DNA of 64,000 nucleotides from a virus (Duplodnaviria; Heunggongvirae; Uroviricota; Caudoviricetes): IMG/VR virus record IMGVR_UViG_3300017747_002194, positions 1 to 64,000 of that record; one strand, 5' to 3'. Shown piece by piece: positions 49,101 to 56,800 of this stretch (position 1 is its first letter; each line of letters starts with the position of its first letter). The notes under the pieces were generated by a model. It saw only the letters and a program-made list of their open reading frames with translations, ran no database searches and was not told where the DNA came from. The position numbers and the translations under genes were made by a program.

Positions 49101-49328
49101 CCAAAGACCTTGTCTTTCACCACGAAGATAGCTATAATCTCCAGTTCTTAATTCATCCCAAGAAGTTTCTTGTGGTTTATCATATTGAGAAACACCAAAA
49201 TCAGAAGCTTTTAATCCAAAAGATTCACTAGCTTCAATATTTAAATGATTAGTTTGCCCTTTTTGTAAAGAGGTTAACTGTTTATTTGGATCAAATGTTA
49301 TAGGGGTAATTATAGGATTTTCTGGCAT
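37146..49328 (-). CDS. giant 4060-aa multidomain virion protein with a zincin-like HExxH motif and an RNAP-like DFDID motif (candidate crAss-like virion RNA polymerase or cargo protein)
   Basis: Uninterrupted 12.2-kb ORF. GTAYHEAFHAVF is encoded at about 44653-44667 (residue about 1555). EIVHLSGADFDIDSEFIQM is encoded at about 40299-40313 (residue about 3007) and resembles the NADFDGDQM catalytic loop of multisubunit RNAP double-psi beta-barrels. A T/P/E-rich linker lies at about 46900-47040. Confidence 0.6.
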   Translation of the reverse strand: MPENPIITPITFDPNKQLTSLQKGQTNHLNIEASESFGLKASDFGVSQYDKPQETSWDELRTGDYSYLRGERQGLWDKAGNGLVNMLGKTLSTAAEGIANPFYGTIAALTHTDKNGKWDPSLNSYYNNDLTQQLDKFNEAVDKNNPFYSDKEESTDKGLAKLWHANTLFRDILGGAGTTIGAGLTGGAWSKAFSIFGKAMGAAQTAEEATMIANAVKEGATESLKSVANAATKKQIKDGIRQGTIAAMSATGEAGAEAREAQKSIYLKLTTNPDGSPKSMTEGELAYAKMMSEQAGDMAFGMNLPVIMADNWLTFGKALFGNKTNDFAKIANKTTFFDEATKTWKAVEKGKYANLGYRAGKIGVPMLSEGNQEILQFGIGKAAEDYYVNKYYNPNAANFLDSFTKGMAEAYTTQEGIHAGIIGALSAGIASPGMVLVGKGRKAFKDEFITNPEDKLTAQAVESLNKYKVEDLRKKFVDNFVRSANLTEIKDQAIDENNDFNYHNANEDMLFSYAYNRLQNGKLNDTKEELNNFKDLTVEELKNVYGIDVNVENKASIEQLTGKGAVQKYVQDRLDKLAKIEETYNQVTKLFPEAHPDVKELLIYSAQGLENAKQRKTEVAAKVTKILQENSEAFTSIGFAEALLNKESKDHNMLMYSAMDPKSFAKAYNELDAAGKKLFKKQITEADGISPLHQEEILKALDDVENLKSREIDFTLTYNALKDPKNQAIFLNASDNLWGKFYDLAKAKDLQDVQEVIENEEQKPTENPTPAEETQTSPVTSTTTEPVETTPTETPVDNTNIPPVDASDVTSNIPAATFGFTQPVQQKPKEEVKTTNDKHLMLNTPAEARDTQVLYTDKEGKQHLVGEYRTNEENQLDSFDDVRQALEYFKSTKEDKSLVHFIEVNGFVMLQIANVNISTISKYGGSPEQKAISALFYNPDGSIKSLEEINNLYQAGVIQLDLTKHLNTLLKDDTKPTLGEAYDMLVSTADTVKLKQGITDINLEGETEVREYDPSIEEAIDQMSELQSDIAQGLHVEVTVDGRTDVIKVKTKTNPNAQESFDEVVNTITNSQGDSKVIKDAIDKFNETIFFALEPVKGVVRKFQLNYSVKTNTFYFTLQTKDKNSGSYSAPVQMKNSKGINILNNIHPSLLSADYVIDQLADSNVNKTVKFSAKNIRYSSFLTPEGEVDMNKLEVYVDPKGLFKYGVQFSINAEAKPLPNNTPTSVANTPVETITDVKVDIERRRQEDKNVPVRQSVKYKLQNKIAGIDNPTPENEIPTLSEAIKIAGAQLSTPIKINEGEITHVVFDQEESMFRFTYKGKQFAAFYIANARGNIRWEITKLNDKTGTYQNISLDELKNINEKYGSQKDLLLSLGAKNLVEDIENFEKVEYSKEDKSSGNGIIPLENTVSAEQVRLGKKYGVTYTLEDFLKQYDAELAALEEDTKEQEQATSILAKLKQAQKEATSFKDLLNQQQQNTNEESDPDPVFSIGLEESTGITQAELDEIQKILPRFISIEDIKTIANNLKVKGIPYGAFKNKVIYLNKTKGKPGTAYHEAFHAVFRTMLTDAQIEKYYAAAYSEFTKSGKNLQEEVDKLRGTVANYTNKSKEELESLVLEEFMADKFMDYSMNKNQEKTSNILKQLFFKIKNFFKELFNIGTELDMLFDNILKGKFANAEQITNTYFGENDTVFKLLPKKNNSQENGFFNASDSRKIINFFAIQIYKAKTGDPTLHEYAYSEEKDSAGKRQLKSDEELLDYFINKRIEDLDTKGVAYGESLFTSNPELAKELANKIASEKYLYDKNNMNNVKLRPYEVLRSAVSDKLSIFNFKASEEVNEETEGGLEAVHMKDTFGSQDSFLSGGHDSLSQTIKKYVAFTTRIERDEITNEDREVGVDEVALYNGLTSVLADTSEERMIAKLYDASESNSNIKAFYEQIIKDLGITFDPETRTTTYPTTPEASNITRALLTNFKNSKATQIDVLIGESWIKDKDGKPTKVKANTWNNANKNDAKKISLERWKNRVTFISREKSIKEFQHNFSNVDKIVNNYYKGRVSLDKASNEIKKALDANGITLTSIYIKISLAKQKAILKPDDLIAKDKAFISIYDTTEPMDFKMFGAAALNDGFSIIDVINKDLKALFDEENGVLGRLGKLAENNAKFDESIANFSFTNAEGKKVYEIIKPSYVLSRAELYKKDSYWESVEKGEGLTEVEKKNTFFLRNNFLVTNHKELLKDLKINILSGFRDTTVKNGKTKDGVTFGSFDARTYLLSALTLYHNKGNTETGKYLFRQNEASSTGYVAELPKIDVKSVAGQAKIKEYFLTQVTKEWERIKREKKAFDKKPGDLKGYNNSLKGRAFNFTEFQYLRDTMGNEAYENLVKSALDPDIKELTSEQINAINNGVQKYLQISFKEFKNTLKDAKIHLFLTTELKGGEETYDPFLYSFYINDYIMSNSLNELMDGDYALSRKDKVDISKRNKGAMASGPDYGRGTHNSAIIKDINLYTSTVIINNKLVRVKPEFDASGKLTKVTDEDGKVLNLTEDQIASYTSNDAMSYSSQYHLMMGAFRLGRVDGATRKTYKDIIQFTKKVDGKVVRNVNIGDKAQKALSEALASLNSKKTIVFDGINGQYLKMSELGLIRSAISYIEDKDVDKFTELTDKIFDLMIKDDYESVEYRNTVRELTKLYKPVPGMKYWHNLANNMDLHEVDHLAVESASKGATRSPQDSQADDLDLSKSRFKVYNSNKRLQVETPTGKKEIVTGSQILTLIASELKDNEVVNGVKLGDIRKKYNEAIADTRDTSFKRAMRVIKEVGTDGNIDKTQLDEVVKRSLAASGADEQLLEFFDTPLNYNMVQMITKAEQVILSYFSKGVLNQKVNGDKVSLASDAGVKVVRDKVTGEVISHHTLIKDPAKYNDTTKYEESSLRYNVEEGDLKYSECMLSQTILTRHGLKIGDTITPEMTEVLKMLGYRIPTGDKQSAMSLKVVSLLPDYYNGIGIFPSEIVHLSGADFDIDSEFIQMSYFWYRKEAPTVPIKYGTEKTLQEAFEAFKFYNLNYDKDFSRDYNQLLKNDFRYNSIKKAVKQIDKEIDEVGKKEKQPLILASQGLKGELAIIEKTYYEQVSKKYDLPYTEKSFVDKGKKPNAVNSNIALDNMIKMLANNHTAEIANNTTSTDVLKALVPKLKSEGFIKSTQSTISQKNKSASDINGKYDANSKNSAGKDGIGIAANKIQQFAFLMSKVGDKVVKFNEDAFRFEIAGETGGSYSATNKQNERIANNLNILLNVFTDNAKDPIAGELNIQFELLGGFTELIMQGMSFENAVKFINLPIIQEYGKIQKALVSKVKTEIEESFNKANAQASAIVSLENNGEITKDKIEAVNRTISKIDPELTEVTLEQIENILLGKEFTKNELGDSNNSTALEVQYQALNQFVKIQEQYNVMATLNTFLTLNQGLETSFTVMNQKLHKAIDTFELNKALNTADRGLAVGQAHIDILPILKDDANTLGNIKRALQVSTDVGQKIFIEQTELFTKEFSKLFDSLQDRFTNVVDNVAELSREFLGYLSVKSYVNDLEKLRDDVNTKEVNKQAIQKRLDSLNLGLIFNELNKEGQVNLVSQLELLKSNPTTKDNYIVKYFTIKENIIDTKSFVKESNETISLLIDSVKSLWYDNQTQLNEAGLTPRNFVDNMLSYLMVKDNMTFKNNSVAKYLPVNMFNKYSETLDDLVKGLVAKNPSIDFGQAAYNFRKMYITDVNTTYAAMHTHKINVTEKGPIRMNGDRLVFEVSTNSEQEFKDSKGKLKEVFPVMLKTKNENSAQPTFKFPQFIKVRIGEEYQFFELESFTNKATGFVSKQDDFLNYIDATNGHTHNTIHPYGVGEKATYKPLEQIGMKGVSVYFPGTYDTAKALFDQVTPEEVDKTEESTPINLGEKAKSGKSASDIMSMFKKALGTEDTNVPNATKAEIIDDNSLESEEKEVSLEEEKATLAKMKALMGNTTKAQPVADPKTNLMKVVVTELVKNNKEKIDAILSPEERSIMNTRFKNATTFEDFKSLRDDVNKIVNDGKNPFKC

Positions 49329-49334
49329 ATTTTA

Positions 49335-51494
49335 TTATTTTGATTGTTCAAAAGCTCCTGCATAATTTTTTTGCAAGTAATTTCTCTCATCAGCATGCAT
49401 ATCACCTAATGATATAACTTCTGTCTGACCACTCTCAGTTTCTATTCTTAATATTTTATCATCAGCATCATTTGTAGTACCAAAACCTTTATGCTGATAT
49501 GCTACATAATTATATTTAGGCATTCCTTTTCTAGGCCCTTCGGTTATTCTTATATCACTACTGTTTACACTAACAGGTTCATATCCTTTTAATTTATTTA
49601 AATTTTCATTTAAATGATTAACAAGTAAAACTCCAACAGGGTTATTAGCAGGAATAGTTTTAAAGTTTTCTTTTAAATTATTTACAATATTATTAGCATA
49701 CATACCTACAGTATTTCCTTCATTATCTATAGGAGTATTAGCAGATTGTTTACCTTGTCTAGCTTTTAAAATATCTTGAGTTAAACTATGTGTATTCTTA
49801 GTCATAGCATTTAAAGTAGCATCCCCTGGATTATAGTCATAAGCTTTATTTTTAGAATCCATTCTATAAGTACCTTCTTTTGGAGCAAAGTAATTTATAC
49901 CTCTAATAGCTCCATCTTTAGCTAATTCTTCTTTATTGGAAGATATAACTTCACCTGTAGTAGGGTCTGTAATTTTAGCTGTTTCTAGTATTGGAGATTT
50001 TTTAAATAAAGTATTTCCATCAGAATCAATCATAACTTTACCTAATAATTCATCAGATAGATTATTACCAAATCTAGATTGAAGTCCAGCTGAAGTGTTT
50101 CCTTGCATTTGCATATTTTGACCATATTTAGAAAGTTGGTCTTGTAATTTAGTAAAATCTGTTTTAGATTTATCACTAGCTAATTTTGGAATTTCTAATC
50201 CTAACCCTCTAGCTGTTTTTATTAAATCTGTATAAAAAGCAACTCTATTATTACTTTCTTCACCACTAGAAGTTTTTTGTTGTGTAATTACACCAGTAGA
50301 TCCTGCTGCTTTATGTGCGTCTGTACTATTATAATAAGTCTCAACAGAGCCATCTGTTTTTTTAACTATATACTTAGAATCAAATCCTCCACGATAATTA
50401 ATTTCTCCATTATCATTTAATACATTAGTATTTAATCCTAACCAAGCTAACCCTGATTTAGCTGTAATAGGCTCATTAACACCAGTTACTGGATTTTGAT
50501 AAGTAGGCATTGGCCCATCAAACTCTTCTTTCTTTCTATTAGCTGCAGCTACTTTAGCATTAGTATCAAAATGTGAATCTAATCCTTGAGTAGTACTCAT
50601 GCCTACTTGATGAGCATTACCTGCAATAATAGTAGATAACATTTTATTATCTACATAATCTTTAATTTTTTTAGCTCTTGCATCTCCTTTAGAAGCTGCA
50701 TATGATAAATCATCGTAAGAAGCGTTATATGCTTTATTCCCTATTTCAGGAATACTTTTTAATATACTTTCAAATTGGTGTTTACCGGCATTAGTATTTC
50801 TATAATTAGGTAAAACTGTTGTTGCTAATCCTTTTAATTTATCTACAGAAACTCCTTCATAACTTCCTGTATGTCTATTATAAACCATAGTTTCTCCATT
50901 ATTACCTGTTTGAGTATTAGTTAAATCATATTTACCCTCCCAAGCTTTAGCATCTTTAGCAATATTTCCCATTACTTTTTTAGAAGCTTCGTCATAATCT
51001 TCATATTTAGTAAATTGAGAACCATACTTACCATCTTTTAAAACATCTTTTTGAATAAAATTTCCAGCAGCATCTCTCTCATAAGTATAATCTAAATCTC
51101 TTTCAGCTCCTTCTTTCCCTTTACGCTTAACATATTCCTCATAAGCATCTAAAGTTCCTTTAAAAGCGTGTAGTTTAGGATCATTCTTAAATTCATTAGT
51201 TAAAGCTTGCGCTTTAGCTTGGAAATCTTTAGAACCATAATCTCCCTTATGCTCATCAACTAAAGCTTTTAATTTAGCATTATAATTATTTATAAAAGTA
51301 TTTCTATCATCTTGATACATAGGAGCAGCTTTAATAGCAGCACCTAATGCTCCTAAATCAGCTTCAGCTTGTTTACCTGCAGCAAAATTTTTATTAGCTT
51401 TCTCTCCTAGAGCAGCAATGGTTTCAAAAGGTAATGGAACATATGAACTTACATATTGGTGTTCCTGGGATGTATCAAATCTATTTGAAGGCAT
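49335..51494 (-). CDS. virion structural protein (719 aa), function unknown
   Basis: Position in the structural operon; no motif. Confidence 0.55.
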   Translation of the reverse strand: MPSNRFDTSQEHQYVSSYVPLPFETIAALGEKANKNFAAGKQAEADLGALGAAIKAAPMYQDDRNTFINNYNAKLKALVDEHKGDYGSKDFQAKAQALTNEFKNDPKLHAFKGTLDAYEEYVKRKGKEGAERDLDYTYERDAAGNFIQKDVLKDGKYGSQFTKYEDYDEASKKVMGNIAKDAKAWEGKYDLTNTQTGNNGETMVYNRHTGSYEGVSVDKLKGLATTVLPNYRNTNAGKHQFESILKSIPEIGNKAYNASYDDLSYAASKGDARAKKIKDYVDNKMLSTIIAGNAHQVGMSTTQGLDSHFDTNAKVAAANRKKEEFDGPMPTYQNPVTGVNEPITAKSGLAWLGLNTNVLNDNGEINYRGGFDSKYIVKKTDGSVETYYNSTDAHKAAGSTGVITQQKTSSGEESNNRVAFYTDLIKTARGLGLEIPKLASDKSKTDFTKLQDQLSKYGQNMQMQGNTSAGLQSRFGNNLSDELLGKVMIDSDGNTLFKKSPILETAKITDPTTGEVISSNKEELAKDGAIRGINYFAPKEGTYRMDSKNKAYDYNPGDATLNAMTKNTHSLTQDILKARQGKQSANTPIDNEGNTVGMYANNIVNNLKENFKTIPANNPVGVLLVNHLNENLNKLKGYEPVSVNSSDIRITEGPRKGMPKYNYVAYQHKGFGTTNDADDKILRIETESGQTEVISLGDMHADERNYLQKNYAGAFEQSK

Positions 51495-51530
51495 GTTACA
51501 AATGTATTAATTTAATTAGATAAAAACAAA

Positions 51531-53738
51531 TTATTTTTTACCTTTATATTCTTTCATTATTCTTTGGAATTCAGGAGTATCGTAATATTTCATAAGTAAC
51601 CCTAAAGTCTCTTGATCCATATTAGTCTTTTTATTATCCATCATCTGATTAGCAATATTAGAACCCATTGAACCAATAGCCTCTCCTTTACCAGATCTAT
51701 TTCTAGCTCTATTCATAGCATTAGCAATAACTTCTTGTCTAGCTAATTCATTATTATATTGATTAACAGAGTTAGAAATACCAGCATTAGCATTTTGAAA
51801 TTCATTATGAATTCTAGCTTTGTTCATAGTATTCTGTGCATTTAAAGCAACTCTATTAGATAAATAAGTTCCGGCATTTCCACCACTAGCTCCTCTAACA
51901 TTGTACTCAGCTCTACGATTTTGCATTTCAGCATCTCTTAAAGCAGCTGTAGGATCTAATAAAGTAGCTTTCATTCTTTCATACTTCTCAACTTCTGGTT
52001 TATTATATCTTGATAAATTATAAATGTTACCAGCATTATTAGCTAATCCCATAGCAATATTAGAACCTAATCCTTTCCAATCAAAAGAATTTTTTTCATT
52101 AGCCTGAGCATTCATTCTAGCTAATTCTTGATCATATAAAGTTTGATTTATATTAGATCCTTTACTATTCCAACCATGATTAGCATCAATTTTAGCTGAT
52201 GAATTATTCCATACAGATTCAATATCTCCACCTTCTTCTTCAGGAGTAAGTTTACCAAATTCATATTTAGGTAATTTACCTCCATATTTAAATCCAGTTA
52301 ATTCAATTTCCTTTTTAGTTTCAGGATTAAAGTACATTCTATCTAATACCTCATTACCTTGTTTATATTCCTTATAACTCATATTAGGACCTGTAACAAT
52401 ATTAGTTTTAATAGTACTAGGACTATTAGCAGGAACTTGTTGTAATTGAGGATTAAAATCATCAGATCTTTCAAGACCTTTCATAGGCATATTAACATTA
52501 GAATATGTTGAAGCCATAGGTTTTTTAGCATCTGTATTAATTACAGGGACTGTAGGTTTAGCGTAAGGTACTGAATGACTTTGTAAATAATTAGAATCAT
52601 ATGTAATTTGACGCTTATCAGTAGATTGAGGAGTTTCTCCATTTAATTTATGTAATCTTAAAATAGCATCATTGAATCCAGGTTCTTGTTGCCAGTTAGG
52701 TACATTCTTATTGAATCCTGATTTATATAAAGTTAAACTATCATTGTAAGCTTGTTGTCTTTGAGCAGGTGTATACTTAGTATTATCTGTAGGACCTCCT
52801 AAAGGATACATAGGTAATTTAACACCACCCATTGGAAACTCAGTAGATTGCTCTTCTTGAGGTAATGTTACTCCCATCTTTTTAGCATAAGCTTCTACTT
52901 TAGCTTTCTTTAAAGATTCTTGAATATTAAACAATGCTTCAGAGTTTTTATTTTTAGCCATCTTCATTAATTCAGCAGTAGACTTAGAAGTACTACCATA
53001 TTTATTAGATTCTAAAATCTTATCTTCTTTATTAGTATTATTAGCTTTATTTAAATCAGCAAAAGTTTTTTTACCTAATTTTAGTCTATCTGAAAATATC
53101 ATTGAGTTTCCTGGTAAAGCTACTGGTACCCCACCTTGATCATGGCTAGGTCCATCTGCTTGTAAAAAACCTCCATTAGGAGCAACTACATTTTCTTCTT
53201 TCTCAATCTCAGCATTAGGAGCTTGAGATAATCCTCCATGAGAAAATATATTACTTCCTAAATTATTTAGACTACCTAATCCATGTTCTTCCCTATCTTT
53301 ATTATTAAATAGACCTTCACCATCAATAGCATGAGTTATAAGTTTATGTGGTTCAAAGAAATATTGAGAACCAGCATTAGCTCCTTTAGTACCTACAGCA
53401 GATTGTCCAGCTTCTGAAATACCGTGAAATAAACTAGCCATTGGGATAGCACTAGCTACACCAGATTGTACAACATCAGCTGTCCCTTCAGAACCTCCTT
53501 GACTTTGCCAAGAACCTTTAGAAGAATTATTTATTTTATAGTTAGGATCAGAATAAGCTGCTTGATTATTAGCAGTAGCATAAGATGTCCCAGCAGCCCC
53601 TAAAGCTTGATACATACTATTTTTTTGAGTATTAGTCAATCTTTTATCACTGTATAGATTAGAAGTAGCATCTCCACCTGTACCTCCTTCTGGAAATTTA
53701 GGTAAATATGTCTTAGGGATTTTTTTAGATTTTTTCAT
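51531..53738 (-). CDS. virion structural protein (735 aa), G/N/Q/S-rich
   Basis: Low-complexity G/N/S-rich composition typical of tail or fibre components. Confidence 0.55.
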   Translation of the reverse strand: MKKSKKIPKTYLPKFPEGGTGGDATSNLYSDKRLTNTQKNSMYQALGAAGTSYATANNQAAYSDPNYKINNSSKGSWQSQGGSEGTADVVQSGVASAIPMASLFHGISEAGQSAVGTKGANAGSQYFFEPHKLITHAIDGEGLFNNKDREEHGLGSLNNLGSNIFSHGGLSQAPNAEIEKEENVVAPNGGFLQADGPSHDQGGVPVALPGNSMIFSDRLKLGKKTFADLNKANNTNKEDKILESNKYGSTSKSTAELMKMAKNKNSEALFNIQESLKKAKVEAYAKKMGVTLPQEEQSTEFPMGGVKLPMYPLGGPTDNTKYTPAQRQQAYNDSLTLYKSGFNKNVPNWQQEPGFNDAILRLHKLNGETPQSTDKRQITYDSNYLQSHSVPYAKPTVPVINTDAKKPMASTYSNVNMPMKGLERSDDFNPQLQQVPANSPSTIKTNIVTGPNMSYKEYKQGNEVLDRMYFNPETKKEIELTGFKYGGKLPKYEFGKLTPEEEGGDIESVWNNSSAKIDANHGWNSKGSNINQTLYDQELARMNAQANEKNSFDWKGLGSNIAMGLANNAGNIYNLSRYNKPEVEKYERMKATLLDPTAALRDAEMQNRRAEYNVRGASGGNAGTYLSNRVALNAQNTMNKARIHNEFQNANAGISNSVNQYNNELARQEVIANAMNRARNRSGKGEAIGSMGSNIANQMMDNKKTNMDQETLGLLMKYYDTPEFQRIMKEYKGKK

Positions 53739-53806
53739 GGTATAACGAATTTAGTTATATTGTATTATATAATATAGTGTATTTTTTTGTAATATGCAAA
53801 TAAAAA

Positions 53807-53838
53807 CCCCAGTATTTTAGAGAATCTAATAACTGGGG
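53807..53838 (-). terminator. hairpin cccc...TTTAGAGAATCTAA...gggg with a T-run on the minus strand
   Basis: 7-bp stem ccccagt/actgggg. Third copy of the TAGAGAA(A)TCTA loop motif, lying between minus-strand genes. Confidence 0.5.
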
Positions 53839-53858
53839 AAATTATATAATTATTTTAA

Positions 53859-56800
53859 TTATCTGTCTGATACTCTAAATATAGACTTGAGATTGTGTAC
53901 TACAAATCTTAAATTAGGGCTATTATTATAGTAGAGATCTATAATCATCCATTTATCTCTAAGTCTTTCTCCAAATGTAGTTTTAGTTAATTTACTAGGA
54001 TCAAATAAAGAAGTACTAGAGGCTGTAGTTGTGTCATAGTTAAATTTATTTCTAGGTACTTGTAAATTAAATCCTTGCTCTACTTTTCTTAAATTAGCAG
54101 GAGAGCTTAAAGTTAAAGTAGTCCAATCTGTATTTTGGTACTGATTATAAACTCTAACCTTACTGAAAGTTTCAAAAGGTTTATTTATATCATCCGGATA
54201 AGTAGGATTAGTTGGTGATCCTGGGTAGATATTTAAATCATCATTCCACTCTACATTATCATCAATAGACTCTGTCATCCAAGTTAAATTATCTAATACT
54301 TTCGTATATAAAGGCTGCTCATTAAACAATACTTTTAATGTACTAGGGTATTGTACATTATAGAAATTACCATAAGGTCCGTAATTATGGAACCAGATTT
54401 TATTATTTCTATTAGTACTTAATAAATATTTATTGCTATTGATATAAAAATTAGGAGTAAAGTTGTACATTCCTGTAAAAGTATTTAATACTTCTGAATA
54501 AGCTAATGTAAGATTCTCATTATTAGTAGTATCTCCTGTTAAGTTATTATTAAAAGTATATAAAAATTCATTATGATAATAATCATAAGTAGTTAATACT
54601 CCTTTATCAATAATAGGATTATCATATTTTAATAATTCATTATGTAATCTTTTAATAACAAAATTACGTTGACCTTTTACATCAGATATAGGAGCAACTG
54701 ACTCACCATTAAACATATAAATCTTTTTATGTCTAGCATCAACAAATGATATAGCACTTTGAGATCTATATACAGACCATTGATGAGAAGTACCAGCATC
54801 TATAGCTCTATAAAAATGTTTTTGAATAGTCTCTGTACTAGCTCCTAATTTAACATTTTGTCCCATTGAGTCATTTACCATAGATACAGGATTAATCATT
54901 AATAACCCTACACCGCGTTCTTGTAAGAAATACATATTCTCTTTAAGAGAAACTAAAGCCATAATTTGACCATAATTACCTTCTACATCATAAAAACTAT
55001 TAGGTAAATATTTAGACCATGAATCTTCTATTTCATTATCAAATTTAATTTCTGAAAAGAATATTCTATTTCTCCATTCATCATTGGTTTGAAAATTTAA
55101 TGGTTTAGGAAAAAATTTAATTACATCTTTTTCATTACTATGATAGTTAGCATAATTATACTCATCTTCAGCATCATAAACATTTGTTGTAAGTTGAGTA
55201 TCAATATGATTACCATAACGCATAGCCTGATTATGATTATTAGTGCAAGGGAATAAATAACTTACACTGATATTAAATGTTGCTGTATTATCAGCTATAG
55301 GAGAACCTGGTATTAATGGATTATCAGGAGATCCAGGATCGTTATCACCTAAACCTGCTGAACTGTATGGATAAAAAGCAAATCTTGGAGCAGCTACTCC
55401 TCCACCTCCACCATTTTTAGAGACTTTTTGTAAATCCCAATAATTCATATGTACATCTCCACCAAAACAATTAATATCTAAAATTAAATTATTTACTAAA
55501 GTGTTGTTAACTCTTTTTAATGGAATAAAACTACCAGAAGCTATATACTCATTAGCTGTTCTAGCTGCATAAGTATTTCCTCCATATTGATTAATATTAG
55601 GTCTATAATATAAAGCTATTAATTTACCACCAGTATCTGCATAAGTTTTACCTGATCCAGATATAGAACTATCTAAATTACTAGATAAACATACAGCTAC
55701 AGTTTTACATCCCCAAGCAGGAATATCATTAACACTTATTCCAGAAGGATAAACTACACCTGAAGTAGAACCATAAGAAATCATGTGATTTTTTAAAGTA
55801 TAACCTCCTACAGTAGTAGAAGTGTTACCTCCAGCTACTAAATTACCTTCAGATATATCATAATTAGTCAAACTAGTAGACGTATGTACAGCTTCTTCTA
55901 AATAAAATAATATATAATAAGGCATTTCATCAGAGTCGTAAGCTGTTTGCCATTTACCTCCTATGCCTGCAGCTGCATTAAAACAAGAAATAGCTCCTGT
56001 AGATCCATTACCTGGAGCTAATCCATGAGGACTACCAGGAGTCCCATTATCAGAAGGAGGTAATGTCTCTCTAGTTTTATAAAGACCACCACCATTAGGA
56101 CCATTAACTCCTTGATTATCTAACCAATCTGTATTATTAAATCCTAATCTATATCTAGGATCAGTAGTTCTATTTTGAGCATTTTCTCTATTAATAGGAA
56201 TAACTCTAGAACGTATTAATAATTTATCTCCTGATTTATAGTTATATCCATTTAACAATAAATCAAATGAATCAAAAGTCATTACTTTTTGACCTATACC
56301 TGTTTCACCATCTCCTGAATTTATAGTAGTATCAGGGCATAAAGTCTCAATAGCTCTTTGGCTAGGATTAGGCATATATACTGCAGCATTTACTACAGTA
56401 CCACTAACTCTAATAAAGTTAGGTACTTGTTTATAATTAAATCCTCCACCTAAAACAATATCACCAGCAGTAGCTTGTCTAGGTTGAGTAATAATACCAC
56501 ATCCTAATATTGTTTTATCAGCTTCAGTTCTTTCAACTCTAACTATCTGATAACCACCAATAAAATCTTTAATTGTGGAAATATCTACAGTAAATTTAAT
56601 ATAAAGTATTTGACCATAAATACTATCATTGTATTCAAATGAATTTCTAAAATCAGTAATACCTGCAGCTTGTGCTATAGTAGAAGGATTATCATTATAA
56701 TCTCCAGCTGAAGGCATTTTAATATCACCTATCCATTCTGTAAAAAAAGGATTACCTTGTAAATCAAAAAACTGAATACCTTTTCTATAAATCTCTTCAT

